Part shown: positions 52,066 through 62,123 of the stretch, one piece after another
Layout of the letters: every line of letters begins with the position of its first letter
Position numbering within the stretch: the first letter of the stretch is position 1
Assembly: GCA_930989765.1 (NCBI GenBank)
Contig: CAKNNA010000001.1
Span: 33,210-97,209 of the forward strand
From: an uncultured Clostridium sp.
GTDB lineage: Bacteria > Bacillota > Clostridia > TANB77 > CAG-508
Direction of reading: 5' to 3'
Length of the DNA: 64,000 nucleotides
Made by a program: the position numbers and the translations under genes
Notes under the pieces: generated by a model
Told to the model about the DNA's origin: nothing
Seen by the model: only the letters and a program-made list of their open reading frames with translations
Databases searched by the model: none

Positions 52066-52602
52066 TTAATATAGTCTAAAAATTATAATAGTCAAGAAAA
52101 TATAAGCATATCTAAATAATTTTTTATGAATAAAGCAAGATTGCATATAATTAAAAGTTTCAAAAAGAGCACATTTTTTATCCACAAAAGTAAGAACAAA
52201 ACTTTCTTTATATTTTGGTAAACTTAAAGTTACGGGCCACATATGTTTTAAAATGATATCTTTTTCTTTTTCGTTTAAATTAAATAATTTTGAAGCATTT
52301 AAATAAGCTGTTTTAGGATGAGTAAAAGCATGAAGTCCTTTGCGATTTGGAGACTTTTTTCTCCAATCATATAAAAATAAATCATGAATCATAGCAGCTC
52401 TACTACATGATTTATAATCTAAATTGTGTTTTTTACAAATTTTATAGCATAAATATGAAGCTGTAATACAATGTTCAAAGCAATTTGTGTCACAATGTTG
52501 TCTATATTTTTTCATTTCTTTTACTGTTTCATTGTTTAGTATATCTGCAATAGTGGAAATAAATTCTTTATCTTGGTATATTTGATTAATTAAATTTTCC
52601 AA
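52066..52602 (-). CDS. HD-domain phosphohydrolase
   Basis: FEHCITASYLCYKICKK...AAMIHDLFLYDW (H...HD pattern), 178 aa. Confidence 0.7.
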   Translation of the reverse strand: MENLINQIYQDKEFISTIADILNNETVKEMKKYRQHCDTNCFEHCITASYLCYKICKKHNLDYKSCSRAAMIHDLFLYDWRKKSPNRKGLHAFTHPKTAYLNASKLFNLNEKEKDIILKHMWPVTLSLPKYKESFVLTFVDKKCALFETFNYMQSCFIHKKLFRYAYIFLTIIIFRLY

Positions 52603-52897
52603 TTTTATACCCCTTTATATTGTATGTATTATAAATTAATTATAGCATGTCATATGATTAATTTTCAAGGTGAATAAGAAAATCTTAAGAATTATTTATG
52701 CCTTTTAAACCTAAAACAAACAAGTCTCGCGTGATACTTGAGCGCTTTCTTATTTATTTTAGTCTAAGAAGGTATATGGCAATTTCATGGCACACTCGTT
52801 ATTACATAAATATTATATATATATCGTATACTTGATTAGACCGTGATAGATACTTTCCTATTTCAATTTATGGATTAAAATATATAAAAACAGAAAG

Positions 52898-52927
52898 TTG
52901 ACATCACCACCAGAAAAATAATATAAT
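52898..52927 (+). promoter_or_regulatory. Candidate sigma-A promoter for fbp (TTGACA-18-TATAAT)
   Basis: Consensus TTGACA at 52898-52903 and TATAAT at 52922-52927. Confidence 0.5.
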
Positions 52928-53051
52928 ACTTAAGAAAACAATGTGTCTCATAATAATTAATTCTAGATTAATATAATCTTGTTTTTAAGACCATAGATAT
53001 ATATCATTATAATAATACAGTTAAAAATAATCTAAGAGAAAGGAAATAAAA

Positions 53052-55007
53052 ATGAAAACATATAACAGAGAAAAATATTTAAAATTATTAAGCAAAGAAT
53101 ATAAAAATATAACAGAAGTAACAGAGGAGATAATAAACTTAAAAGCAATATTAAACCTTCCAAAAGGAACAGAAGTATTTTTAAGTGATATTCACGGAGA
53201 ATATGCACCATTTACACACATATTAAATAATGGAGCCGGAATAATTAGAAGTAAAATTGATGATATTTTTGAAAATCAAACTACTGAAAAAGAAAGAAAT
53301 ACACTTGCAACTTTAATTTATTATCCAGAAGAAAAATTAAAGTTAATTAAACAAGAATATAATGATAATTTGGCAGAATGGTATACAATTACTTTATATA
53401 GATTGGTTGAAGTGGCAAGAAAGGTAAGCTCAAAATATACAAGGTCAAAAGTAAGAAAAGCTATAAAAAATGGTTTTGGATATATAATAGATGAGTTATT
53501 ACATGCGCAAGTAAATAATGAAAAAGATAAAGAATATTATTATAAACAAATAATTAAAACAATAATTGAACTAGGTCAGGCAGATAGTTTTATAATAGCA
53601 ATATCTGATTTAATTAAACAAATGGCAATAGACCATTTACATATAATTGGAGATATATTTGACAGAGGAAGGCACCCTGATTTAGTAATAGAAAAATTAA
53701 TGAAATTTCATAGTTTAGATATACAATGGGGAAACCATGATATATTATGGATGGGAGCAGCCCTTGGAAATAAAGCAAGTATTGCAACAGTTATAAGAAT
53801 TTGTGCAAGATATAATAATATAGGAATATTAGAAGATGCATATGGTATAAATATTAGACCACTTTCAACTTTTGCACAAGAAGTTTATCAGAATGATGAA
53901 TGTGAAAAATTTATGCCAAAAGAATTTGATTATAATAAATATGATAGTAGTGATAGAAAAATAATTGCTAAAATTCATAAAGCAATAACTATAATACAAT
54001 TTAAATTAGAAGGAAATTTGATAAAAAAACATCCTGAATACAATTTAGAAAATAGATTATTACTAGATAAAATGAATATTGAAAAAGGATATGTAGAAAT
54101 AGAAGGACAAAAATACGAAATAAATGATAGGTATTTTCCAACAATAAACAAGGAAAATCCATATGAATTAACAAACCAAGAAAATGAAGTAATAGAAAGA
54201 TTAACAGAATCATTTGTACATAGTCAAAGTTTAAGTAGCCATATAAATTATCTTTTTTCAAAAGGACAGATGTATACAATATTTAATAACAATTTATTAT
54301 TCCATGGCTGTATGCCAACAGACAAAACAGGTGAATTTAAGGAAGTAATGTTTCTAGGTAAAAAGTTAAAAGGAAAAGAATATTTTGACGAAATAAATGA
54401 AGCTGTAAGTAAAGTATATATAACAAAAGAAGAAGAATTAATAGATATAATGTGGTTTTTATGGATATCACCAGATTCACCATTTTTTGGTAAAGATAAG
54501 ATGGTAACTTTTGAAAGTTATTTTGTAAAAGATGCAAATATGCACAAAGAGCCTAAAAATCCATATTATCTATTATCAGAAAATGAAGAATTTTGTAATA
54601 AAATACTAAAGGAATTTGGCTTAAACAGTGAAGAATCACATATAGTAAATGGTCATATTCCAGTAAAAGCAAAAGATGGAGAAAGTCCAATAAAAGCTAA
54701 TGGAAAATTACTTGTAATAGATGGAGGTTTTGCAAAAAGCTATAGAGAAAAAACAGGAAATGCAGGATATATTTTAACATATAATTCAAATGGATTATTA
54801 TTAAGTCAAACTAAACCATTCGAATCTGTAAAAAAGGCTATTGTAGAAGAAAAAGATATTATTAGTGAGATAATAGTAAAGAAAAAAGGAATTGTTAGAA
54901 AAACAGTTGGAAATACAGATATTGGAACAAAGCTAAAAGGAGAAATAGAAGATTTAGAAGAACTTTTGGGAGCATATAGGAACGGTGAAATTAAAGAAAT
55001 GATATAA
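53052..55007 (+). CDS. fbp: Fructose-1,6-bisphosphatase class 3
   Basis: 651 aa; YLKLLSKEYKNI, LSDIHGEY, HIIGDIFDRG, WGNHD, VNGHIPVK motifs of the Firmicute FBPase class 3. Confidence 0.95.
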   Translation: MKTYNREKYLKLLSKEYKNITEVTEEIINLKAILNLPKGTEVFLSDIHGEYAPFTHILNNGAGIIRSKIDDIFENQTTEKERNTLATLIYYPEEKLKLIKQEYNDNLAEWYTITLYRLVEVARKVSSKYTRSKVRKAIKNGFGYIIDELLHAQVNNEKDKEYYYKQIIKTIIELGQADSFIIAISDLIKQMAIDHLHIIGDIFDRGRHPDLVIEKLMKFHSLDIQWGNHDILWMGAALGNKASIATVIRICARYNNIGILEDAYGINIRPLSTFAQEVYQNDECEKFMPKEFDYNKYDSSDRKIIAKIHKAITIIQFKLEGNLIKKHPEYNLENRLLLDKMNIEKGYVEIEGQKYEINDRYFPTINKENPYELTNQENEVIERLTESFVHSQSLSSHINYLFSKGQMYTIFNNNLLFHGCMPTDKTGEFKEVMFLGKKLKGKEYFDEINEAVSKVYITKEEELIDIMWFLWISPDSPFFGKDKMVTFESYFVKDANMHKEPKNPYYLLSENEEFCNKILKEFGLNSEESHIVNGHIPVKAKDGESPIKANGKLLVIDGGFAKSYREKTGNAGYILTYNSNGLLLSQTKPFESVKKAIVEEKDIISEIIVKKKGIVRKTVGNTDIGTKLKGEIEDLEELLGAYRNGEIKEMI

Positions 55008-55067
55008 TTATTTGCATAAAAATAAAAAATATTATACAATAGAAATATAAGGAATGGAGTGATAAAT

Positions 55068-56562
55068 ATGAAAGAATTATCAAAAACTATATTAGACATA
55101 GAAAGAGACATAAGAGACACCCTAGAAAATGATTATAAATCCCAAAGCACTGAAAATAAAAGAATAAATTTTAAAGATGTAATGTATGTAGGAGAGGTTA
55201 CTTGGAATGATAAAATAAATGGAAAACCATTATCTAGTAAATTATTTGCAGTAAGAAAAGAAATAGAAACTCAAAATAAATATGATGTAGAGAAAAAAAG
55301 AGAAATGTATGAATATTATTTAGATGATAAATATATAGGTGCAGGTATAGACATAAGAATGCCTCAACTTGAAGAAAGATTTAAAATATCAGAACCAGAA
55401 AAAGCAGACCAAATAGAAAGGTTACTAGAAAATGTGCAAGATAAAGATTTAATTCAGAATTCATTAGAACATTTGGAACGTCAAGAATTAGAAAATATAG
55501 CAGAAGCTCTAGGAATTGAAAGTAAAGATATAAAAGATATATCTGAAATAGACTTAAAACAAAAATTATTAAATCTTGATGAAAGAGACTTAAAAGAAGA
55601 AGGCGAAAAAGAAGACAACCTTCAAGATGAAGAAGAAGTTAAATTAGACGAAGACGAAACAAAACACTTAAATGTAAGAGAAGAAACTGATTTAAACCAA
55701 TACATAAAAGGAGAAACATTAGGAAAAAAATTAGGACTAGAAAAAATAGGAATAACAGATGGAGTAAAACTTGCAAGAGTTTCAACATCTAGTTTAGATT
55801 CAAAAGACCGGAATATCAAAATCTAATATAGATACATTTGTTGTAATAAGAAGTAATGGAGAAGCAGTAGTTCTTGGAGAAAATATATTAAAGCCAAATA
55901 CAAGAGAGGGAAATGACCCAAGAGGAAAAAATCTAACAGCAGATAATGATGAAGGACTATTAGACTATGAAGTAAACACATCAAGCTATTTAATTGTAAA
56001 TGGAAATGGAGACGAATATTTAAATATAGGCTATGACGAAACAAATGGAAAAGAAATAAAATACTCTAGCTGGTCAGACCAATATGGAGCATATTTTGAT
56101 GTAGAATTAGAGACACAAAATACAATGTATCAAGATTCATTTATAAGGCAATATATGAATGAAAGATATGAAGGAGAATATGAAACATCAGAAGTTCTAG
56201 AAAAAAGTGAAGCTCATAAAAAATGTAAAGATGCAAAAATAACAGAAGTAGACACAATAGTAGGAAATGAAAAAGAACATAAACATGTAGATGAAAATGT
56301 ACAAAAAAATATGGAAATAAATGAAGCATATATCGAGCATTATGCCAAAGAAATATTACAAGACAGTGATATAATAAGTTCTACATATAATTTAAAAGAT
56401 GTAAAAGTCCACTTAAAAGACTTACTAGACGAAAAACAAAATGAAGGACTAATAAAACTACAAGAAATACCAGAAAAAATGAAAGAAATAGCAGAAGAAC
56501 TAAAGGAAAACATGGAAAAACAAGCAGAAAATGAAAAAGTATTAGGAGCAAGAGAAAATTAA
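55068..56562 (+). CDS. Acidic hypothetical protein (about 500 aa) split by a frame break at CGG 55809-55811
   Basis: ORF 55059-55826 and ORF 56125-56562 are joined by an open +1 frame from 55810 with no stops; no family recognised. Confidence 0.5.
55809..55811 (+). other. In-frame CGG at a reading-frame break (+1 needed: GAC C GGA)
   Basis: In phase with ORF 55059; the 0-frame stops 5 codons later; the +1 frame is open to 56562. Confidence 0.9.
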
Positions 56563-56566
56563 TAAA

Positions 56567-56668
56567 ATGAACTTTAGGGATGTTCCTTAAAGTTCATTTT
56601 TGAAGTTTAATATAATAAAAAATATAATTATAAGACAATGAACTTTAAGGAATGTCCCTAAAGTTCAT
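56567..56668. repeat. Second copy of the palindromic repeat family B pair
   Basis: Units at 56567-56597 and 56638-56668 are identical to those at 38157-38187 and 38211-38241; the spacer differs (40 vs 23 nt). Confidence 0.85.
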
Positions 56669-56763
56669 TTTATTAATAGCATTGTATATAAACAAAAATA
56701 GTAACAAAAAAGAAAGAGCTAGAATACAATAATAGTAAACATAATATTCTAGTGGAGGCAAAA

Positions 56764-57003
56764 ATGAAAAATATTATAACATTAGATAAATTATCAATGA
56801 ATAAACAAGCACAAATAGAACAAATAGAATGTACAGGAAAACTAAAAAGAAGATTATTAGACTTAGGATTTATAAAAGGAACAACAATTGTACCAATACT
56901 AATAAGTCCATCAAAAGATCCGAGAGCATATGCAATAAGAGGAAGTACAATAGCAATAAGAAAAGAAGATGCAAAATCTATAAAAGTAATAGTCAATGGT
57001 TAA
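56764..57003 (+). CDS. feoA: Ferrous iron transport protein A
   Basis: LDKLSMNKQAQIEQIECTGKLKRRLLDLGFIKGTTIVPI...IAIRKEDAKSIKV; GGAGG Shine-Dalgarno at 56754-56758. Confidence 0.85.
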   Translation: MKNIITLDKLSMNKQAQIEQIECTGKLKRRLLDLGFIKGTTIVPILISPSKDPRAYAIRGSTIAIRKEDAKSIKVIVNG

Positions 57004-57108
57004 TCTGGGACAGGTCCCGATTAACCATTTTTGGTCATTCTGGGACAGGTCCCAATTAACCATTTTTGGTCAATTGGGACCTGTCCCAGAATGACCATAA
57101 TGACCAAA
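56998..57108. repeat. Palindromic repeat family A, three units (two direct, one inverted) between feoA and feoB
   Basis: GGTTAATCTGGGACAGGTCCCGATTAACCATTTTTGG, GTCATTCTGGGACAGGTCCCAATTAACCATTTTTGG and TCAATTGGGACCTGTCCCAGAATGACC. The first unit overlaps the feoA stop codon. Confidence 0.85.
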
Positions 57109-57322
57109 AAATATGCAAATTAAAACATTAATCACAAGAATTAGATAAAAGCATATCATATAGTATTAAATGTGGGGTGATATGTTTATTATGAAGAATA
57201 CAAAATTTGTAGTTGCACTCGCAGGAAATCCAAATGTCGGTAAATCTACAATATTTAATAGTTTGACTGGAATGCATCAACATACTGGAAATTGGCCTGG
57301 AAAAACTGTGGCAAATGCTTGT

Positions 57323-57325
57323 CGG
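57323..57325 (+). other. In-frame CGG at a reading-frame break (+1 needed: TGT C GGT)
   Basis: Codon 48 from ATG 57182; the 0-frame reads CGG TAA; the +1 frame continues FeoB. Confidence 0.9.
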
Positions 57326-58496
57326 TAATTTTTGCTTGAAAAATAATGAGTACATATTGGTGGATTTACCTGGAACATATTCAATTATGTCTAATTCAGA
57401 AGAAGAAGAGATTGCAAGAGATTATATTTGCTTTGGCATGCCAGATGTTACGGTGGTGGTTTTAGATGCTACTTGTTTAGAAAGAAATTTAAATTTACTT
57501 TTTCAAATTATGGAAATTACTGATAAAGTAATTGTTTGTGTTAATTTATTGGATGAAGCTAAAAAAAAGAAAATTGATGTAAATTTAAAAAATTTAGAAA
57601 GAATTTTAGGTGTACCTGTGGTTGGAACTATTGCTCAGAAGAAAAAGACACTGGATAATTTAAAAGAAATTATTTATAAAGTAAGTACTAATAAATTAAA
57701 TCCAATTCCTAAAACAGTAGAGTATGAAAATAAAATTGAGGCTAATATTGAAAAAATTAAAGATATTATTAAAGATGAATATGTCGGAAAATTTAGTGAT
57801 TCAAGTTGTTTTAGTAAAAATATTACTTTAAATAAAGAAAGTAAAGATGTAAATATAATTTCTGATAAATTATATAGGTGGATTGCTATAAAAGCTTTAG
57901 ATGGGGATAAAAAAATTTTAGAGTCAATAGAAGAGAATTTAAAAATAAGTCTAGATACGGAAATTATAAGTCAAAACTTAGAAGAAGCCAAAAAAGATTT
58001 AAAAGCGGTAGGTATAACAGAGGAGAATTTTAAAGATAAAATAGTAGAAAATATTGTAAATAGGGCAGAACAAGTGACAAAGGAAGTTTGCAAGTTCAAT
58101 AATTCTGATTATAGTAGTCGTGATAGAAAAATTGATAGAATTTTAACTTCAAAAAAATGGGGAATTCCAATAATGCTATTATTTTTAGCTATTATTTTTT
58201 GGATAACAATAGTTTTAGCAAATTACCCGTCAGAATTTTTATTTTCGATTTTTGAGTCAATTGGGGAAAAACTTATGGTGTTTGCAAATTATATTAATTG
58301 TCCAGAATGGCTTTCAAATATGCTTATTTTAGGAATGTATCAAACTTTAACTTGGGTTATTTCGGTAATGCTTCCACCTATGGCTATATTTTTTCCGCTT
58401 TTTACTATATTAGAAGATATGGGGTATTTGACGAGAATTGCTTTTAATATGGATGGTTTTTTTAAAAAAGCTTGTTCTAGTGGAAAACAAATGATA

Positions 58497-58510
58497 ACCA
58501 TGTGCATGGG
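58497..58510. repeat. 14 bp core ACCATGTGCATGGG, left copy (attL)
   Basis: Identical to 62124-62137; lies in the feoB codons T-M-C-M-G. Confidence 0.8.
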
Positions 58511-58697
58511 AGTGACAATGTGGTAGATTTTAACTTCTCAAATGTTTTGAAAAAGTTTTTGGATAATAATATTAGACTTTGCAACTTTTATTAAAAAATT
58601 AAAGACTAAAAACCATTTTAAATCAAAAGTTATTAGTCTTTTACTTTTTTATAACTATTAAAATAACTATTAAATTTTTAGTATATAGTACCACATT

Positions 58698-59816
58698 CTA
58701 TGTTAATTTTAATAAATTTTTTTCCACTTTGTAGTATATATTATATAAAATATCAAACATTTTATCCACAATTTTATATATTAATTTCTGCAGAGTTTGT
58801 TTATATATTATGCTTAATACTAATCCGAATATGATTAGCAATATAGCTTCTATTAATACCCATAATAAATAATTGTATCCTAATGGAAATACATATTGGT
58901 AAAATAAAGGTTTAGTATAATTTTTAAATAAATAATTTTCATGTATTATATAGAAAAGTAAAGATAATGAAGAAATGTAATTTATTATTTTATTTTCGAA
59001 ATTTTTAGTGCTAAATAGATTAAGCAAAGATATTCCTATCATTATTCCAAAAATGTTCATTATACTACACCAGTGTAACATGGTATCGCTAAGAAATTTT
59101 ATTTTCAATCCTAGAAAATTTGTAACTATTAAAAGTCCAACAAAAGCAAAAATATTAAAAAGCAAAATTTTTTTATTTAGTTTATTATTTCTAGTAAAAT
59201 TTTGTAGATATAATTTATTATAAGCTACTATAAAATAAATTACTATAAAACCAATTAACTGGTTATAATAATAAGCTTTAAAATAAATCATTCTTATACA
59301 ACAATATGCAATTATAAAAAAGATATTAATTCTTAATAGTGTTTCCTTTTTTACGGATTCTATTATTTTATTTAAAAATGGATGAATTATATATAACATT
59401 ATATAACATCCTACAAACCAATTATTTTCAAATGTTATTGGAAAGACTTGTTTTATACACTCTGTAATTGAAATATTATAACCACTAATTAAATAAACTA
59501 ATAAAAATAAAACAGATATTATAAAGCAATCCGAAATGATATATAAGATTTTTTTTACATTTGTTTTCTTTTTATCTAATAAAAAATATGCTGAACACAT
59601 TACAAATATTAGATTTCCAATTTGTCCTATATTTCTAAATAATATTAAAATAAATTGACTTATGTTAGTCGTAGCTAAACTAAGATCAATAAAACTAATT
59701 AGTTCCTTATCACCGTAGTATGGGACTGAATGGCTTAATACTATTAATACCAATCCAATAATTTTCAAAAGTTCTATACTTGAATTTCTGGTTTTTATAG
59801 TATTTGTTTGTTTCAT
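58698..59816 (-). CDS. Acyltransferase family 3 integral membrane protein (putative glycan O-acetyltransferase)
   Basis: 372 aa, about 10 TM segments; N-terminal RNSSIELLKIIGLVLIVLSHS pattern typical of acyltransferase_3 (OafA/Oac-like). Confidence 0.7.
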   Translation of the reverse strand: MKQTNTIKTRNSSIELLKIIGLVLIVLSHSVPYYGDKELISFIDLSLATTNISQFILILFRNIGQIGNLIFVMCSAYFLLDKKKTNVKKILYIISDCFIISVLFLLVYLISGYNISITECIKQVFPITFENNWFVGCYIMLYIIHPFLNKIIESVKKETLLRINIFFIIAYCCIRMIYFKAYYYNQLIGFIVIYFIVAYNKLYLQNFTRNNKLNKKILLFNIFAFVGLLIVTNFLGLKIKFLSDTMLHWCSIMNIFGIMIGISLLNLFSTKNFENKIINYISSLSLLFYIIHENYLFKNYTKPLFYQYVFPLGYNYLLWVLIEAILLIIFGLVLSIIYKQTLQKLIYKIVDKMFDILYNIYYKVEKNLLKLT

Positions 59817-60131
59817 AAAACATACTCCTTTATTTTGGTTTGTTGATTATTATGTCGATATTATATATATTCAGAATGATTCTGTCAATATTTTGTTGAT
59901 CTTTAGTTAATAAATAGGTTATTTTATAAGTATAAGAGCTTTATATATTGGCAGAGCATGGAGCCATATCTAAAAATTGGAACGATAAAAACATATATGT
60001 TCAAGTAAAAGAATTAGAAAAATCAAACAATATATATAATTACAAAAGTGGTAAATAAAAAATAAAATTTAAAAGAGGTATTCTCTAGAAAAATACTTCT
60101 TTTCTTAATTTCTTTAGACTTTTTTAAAAAT

Positions 60132-61784
60132 CTATTTATTAACTGAATGAGAAAAATTCATACTATCTGTTGAAGAAAATATAATTTTCAAATTTATTTG
60201 ATTAGATAGTTTATTATAATTACCTTTACAAGTATTATTATTCTTCATTTCATCATATACATTTTCTTCTATAATTATTTTATTAAGTAATCCATCTATA
60301 TAAAATTCCAAATTTTCTTGATTTATTTCTATTTCTTTTAAAATAGCTTCTTTTAAATTTATATAAAACTTTTCAATATTTTTATTATTATGTGATAATT
60401 TATCAATTTTATCTAAATTTGATTTAATATCAGATATTTTATTTTCTATTAAATTTCTAGATGCTAAAATTTCTTCTTTTGAAAAAAGTCCATCTAAGCT
60501 AAGCTCTAGTAATTTATGCTTTTTATTTTCTAATAAGTACAAATCATTTTTTAATTTAATTTCTTGATTATAAATATCCGTATTTGTTAAACAATTTGAA
60601 TAAATTGATATTAAATCATTACAAATATCATTTCTGTAAACTTCAAACTTTTTAAAAACTGATAAGAGTATATTATATAAATCTTCTTCCTTAAAAGAAG
60701 CAGGGACACAAGTTTTCTTTCCAGTTATATGAAAATTCTTGCAATACCAATAAATAATATCTTTATTTTTTAAATGCTTAATTTTTCTTACAAATGCACA
60801 ATTATGTTTCAAGCAAAATATTTTTCCTGATAAAGCATATTTTGTTTGATGTTTTTGGTACATTTTGCAAGATTTACTTCTACTTTTTAATTTTTGATTT
60901 GCTTTTTCCCATAATTCTTCAGAAACAATAGGGGGAACTTTTTCATAATCTTTATATATTTTCCAAGTTAAAGGATCATTAATATTTCTTTTTTTAGTTC
61001 TGTAATCTATAACATTAGATATTCCGCCAGTGTAAAATCCCTTATATTTAGGGTTTTGAATTATTCTTTTTAAAGTATTTTGATGTATTAGATTACCATT
61101 ATGGTTAAAAAAACCTTGTTTTGATAATAGTAAAGATAATTTTTTAAGCCCAATTTTATTATCATTTGCATAGATATTAAAGATATTTTTAATTATAGGA
61201 GCCTCTTTACTATCAATTACAAGTTTACCATTATCCTTTTTATAGCCCCATATATTATTAGTTCCTAAAACGGTACCTTTATCTATTGCTCTTTTAAAGC
61301 CAAACTTTGTTCTTTCAGATATTTTGCGCACTTCATCTTGTGCCATACTAGACATTATAGTAAGCCTTAATTCACCATCATTTGAAGCTGTTATAATGTT
61401 ATCTGATAAAAAATAAACACAAACATCATATTCTAGTAATTTTCTAGTATAAAACAAACTATCAATTGTATCACGCGAGAATCTTGAAACTTCTTTTGAA
61501 ATAATTAAATCAAATTCATCTTTTTTACTATCTTCTATCATTTGCATAAAATGGTTCCTTTTTAATGATGTAGTTCCACTTATGCCTTCATCTGTGTAGC
61601 CACGAATGAATTTCCAGTTTTTATTTTTTCTAATATAATCCTCAAAAAAAGATACTTGATTTTCTAATGAATTTATTTGTTCTTCTTTTTCAGTTGATAC
61701 TCTTGCGTAATATGCAACTTTTAAAGGAAGGTCGAAAATGGTTTTTCCAGATAATAAGTTTTGCTTTATTTCGTATAAAGTCAA
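60132..61784 (-). CDS. Large serine recombinase (integrase/TnpX/SpoIVCA-like)
   Basis: VAYYARVSTEKEEQINSLENQ (catalytic Ser), SRFSRD, recombinase domain, Cys-rich zinc ribbon (CLKHNC...YWYCKN...KKTC), C-terminal coiled-coil; 550 aa. Confidence 0.85.
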   Translation of the reverse strand: MTLYEIKQNLLSGKTIFDLPLKVAYYARVSTEKEEQINSLENQVSFFEDYIRKNKNWKFIRGYTDEGISGTTSLKRNHFMQMIEDSKKDEFDLIISKEVSRFSRDTIDSLFYTRKLLEYDVCVYFLSDNIITASNDGELRLTIMSSMAQDEVRKISERTKFGFKRAIDKGTVLGTNNIWGYKKDNGKLVIDSKEAPIIKNIFNIYANDNKIGLKKLSLLLSKQGFFNHNGNLIHQNTLKRIIQNPKYKGFYTGGISNVIDYRTKKRNINDPLTWKIYKDYEKVPPIVSEELWEKANQKLKSRSKSCKMYQKHQTKYALSGKIFCLKHNCAFVRKIKHLKNKDIIYWYCKNFHITGKKTCVPASFKEEDLYNILLSVFKKFEVYRNDICNDLISIYSNCLTNTDIYNQEIKLKNDLYLLENKKHKLLELSLDGLFSKEEILASRNLIENKISDIKSNLDKIDKLSHNNKNIEKFYINLKEAILKEIEINQENLEFYIDGLLNKIIIEENVYDEMKNNNTCKGNYNKLSNQINLKIIFSSTDSMNFSHSVNK

Positions 61785-61846
61785 TCTGAATTTCTCCTTT
61801 CGAAAATTTTGTATAAGGAAAAAAGATAATAAAAATGAATTATTAA

Positions 61847-61993
61847 CTATTCATGAAGTATTTTTAAATCAAAAAGTAATTTATCAATTAGTTTAGAAGC
61901 TTTGTCATATAATGGCTTTTCTATTATATTTTTTTCATATAATATTTTATTTATAATTGATTCAATTTGCAATTTTAAATATTTTTCATTCAT
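61847..61993 (-). CDS. Small hypothetical protein (48 aa) upstream of the recombinase; directionality-factor role is only a guess
   Basis: MNEKYLKLQIESIINKILYEKNIIEKPLYDKASKLIDKLLFDLKILHE; AAGAGG Shine-Dalgarno 8 nt upstream; below the ORF-track size cut-off. Confidence 0.35.
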   Translation of the reverse strand: MNEKYLKLQIESIINKILYEKNIIEKPLYDKASKLIDKLLFDLKILHE

Positions 61994-62123
61994 TTTTTTA
62001 CCTCTTTAAATATTTTTATTAGAAAATATTTAAAAATATGTTAGTATTTTTTAAAAAATTTTATAATTATTGAGGGTGTCCACTTTGAGATTTTAAGGAT
62101 AACAAAATTACCATATTGTCACT

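Larger units (their letters stand above)
57182..58510 (+). pseudogene. feoB: feoB 5-prime part (G domain and first membrane segments); contains one CGG frame break and is truncated by an integrated element
   Basis: [20 protein letters not shown] (G1), then after CGG 57323 the +1 frame gives [20 protein letters not shown] (G2/G3), NLLDEAKKKKI (G4). Homology ends at ...QMITMCMG, where element sequence begins. Confidence 0.85.
58511..62123. mobile_element. Small integrative element (3,627 bp counting one core) inserted in feoB: acyltransferase-3 cargo + large serine recombinase + 48-aa ORF
   Basis: Flanked by an identical 14 bp core. Element termini AGTGACAATGTGGTA (58511-58525) and TACCATATTGTCACT (62109-62123) are imperfect inverted repeats. 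feoB reading resumes exactly after the right core. Confidence 0.8.

Noticed and set aside
56829-57059. Plus-strand ORF overlapping feoA in another frame (K/R/N-rich, 76 aa)
   Set aside because: It is an out-of-frame reading of feoA and of the family A repeat. It has no start context and no recognisable fold.
57323-57325. Phase variation by homopolymer slippage as the explanation for the frame breaks
   Set aside because: None of the eight breaks lies in or next to a mononucleotide or short tandem repeat tract. Three are in CC context and five are not. The long A-runs inside the same genes are all in frame.
59948-60058. Short plus-strand ORF (TTG start, 36 aa, ...AEHGAISKNWNDKNIYVQVKELEK...) between the acyltransferase and recombinase genes of the element
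   Set aside because: It has no Shine-Dalgarno, a non-ATG start and stops immediately upstream in frame. It is probably a remnant or chance ORF.
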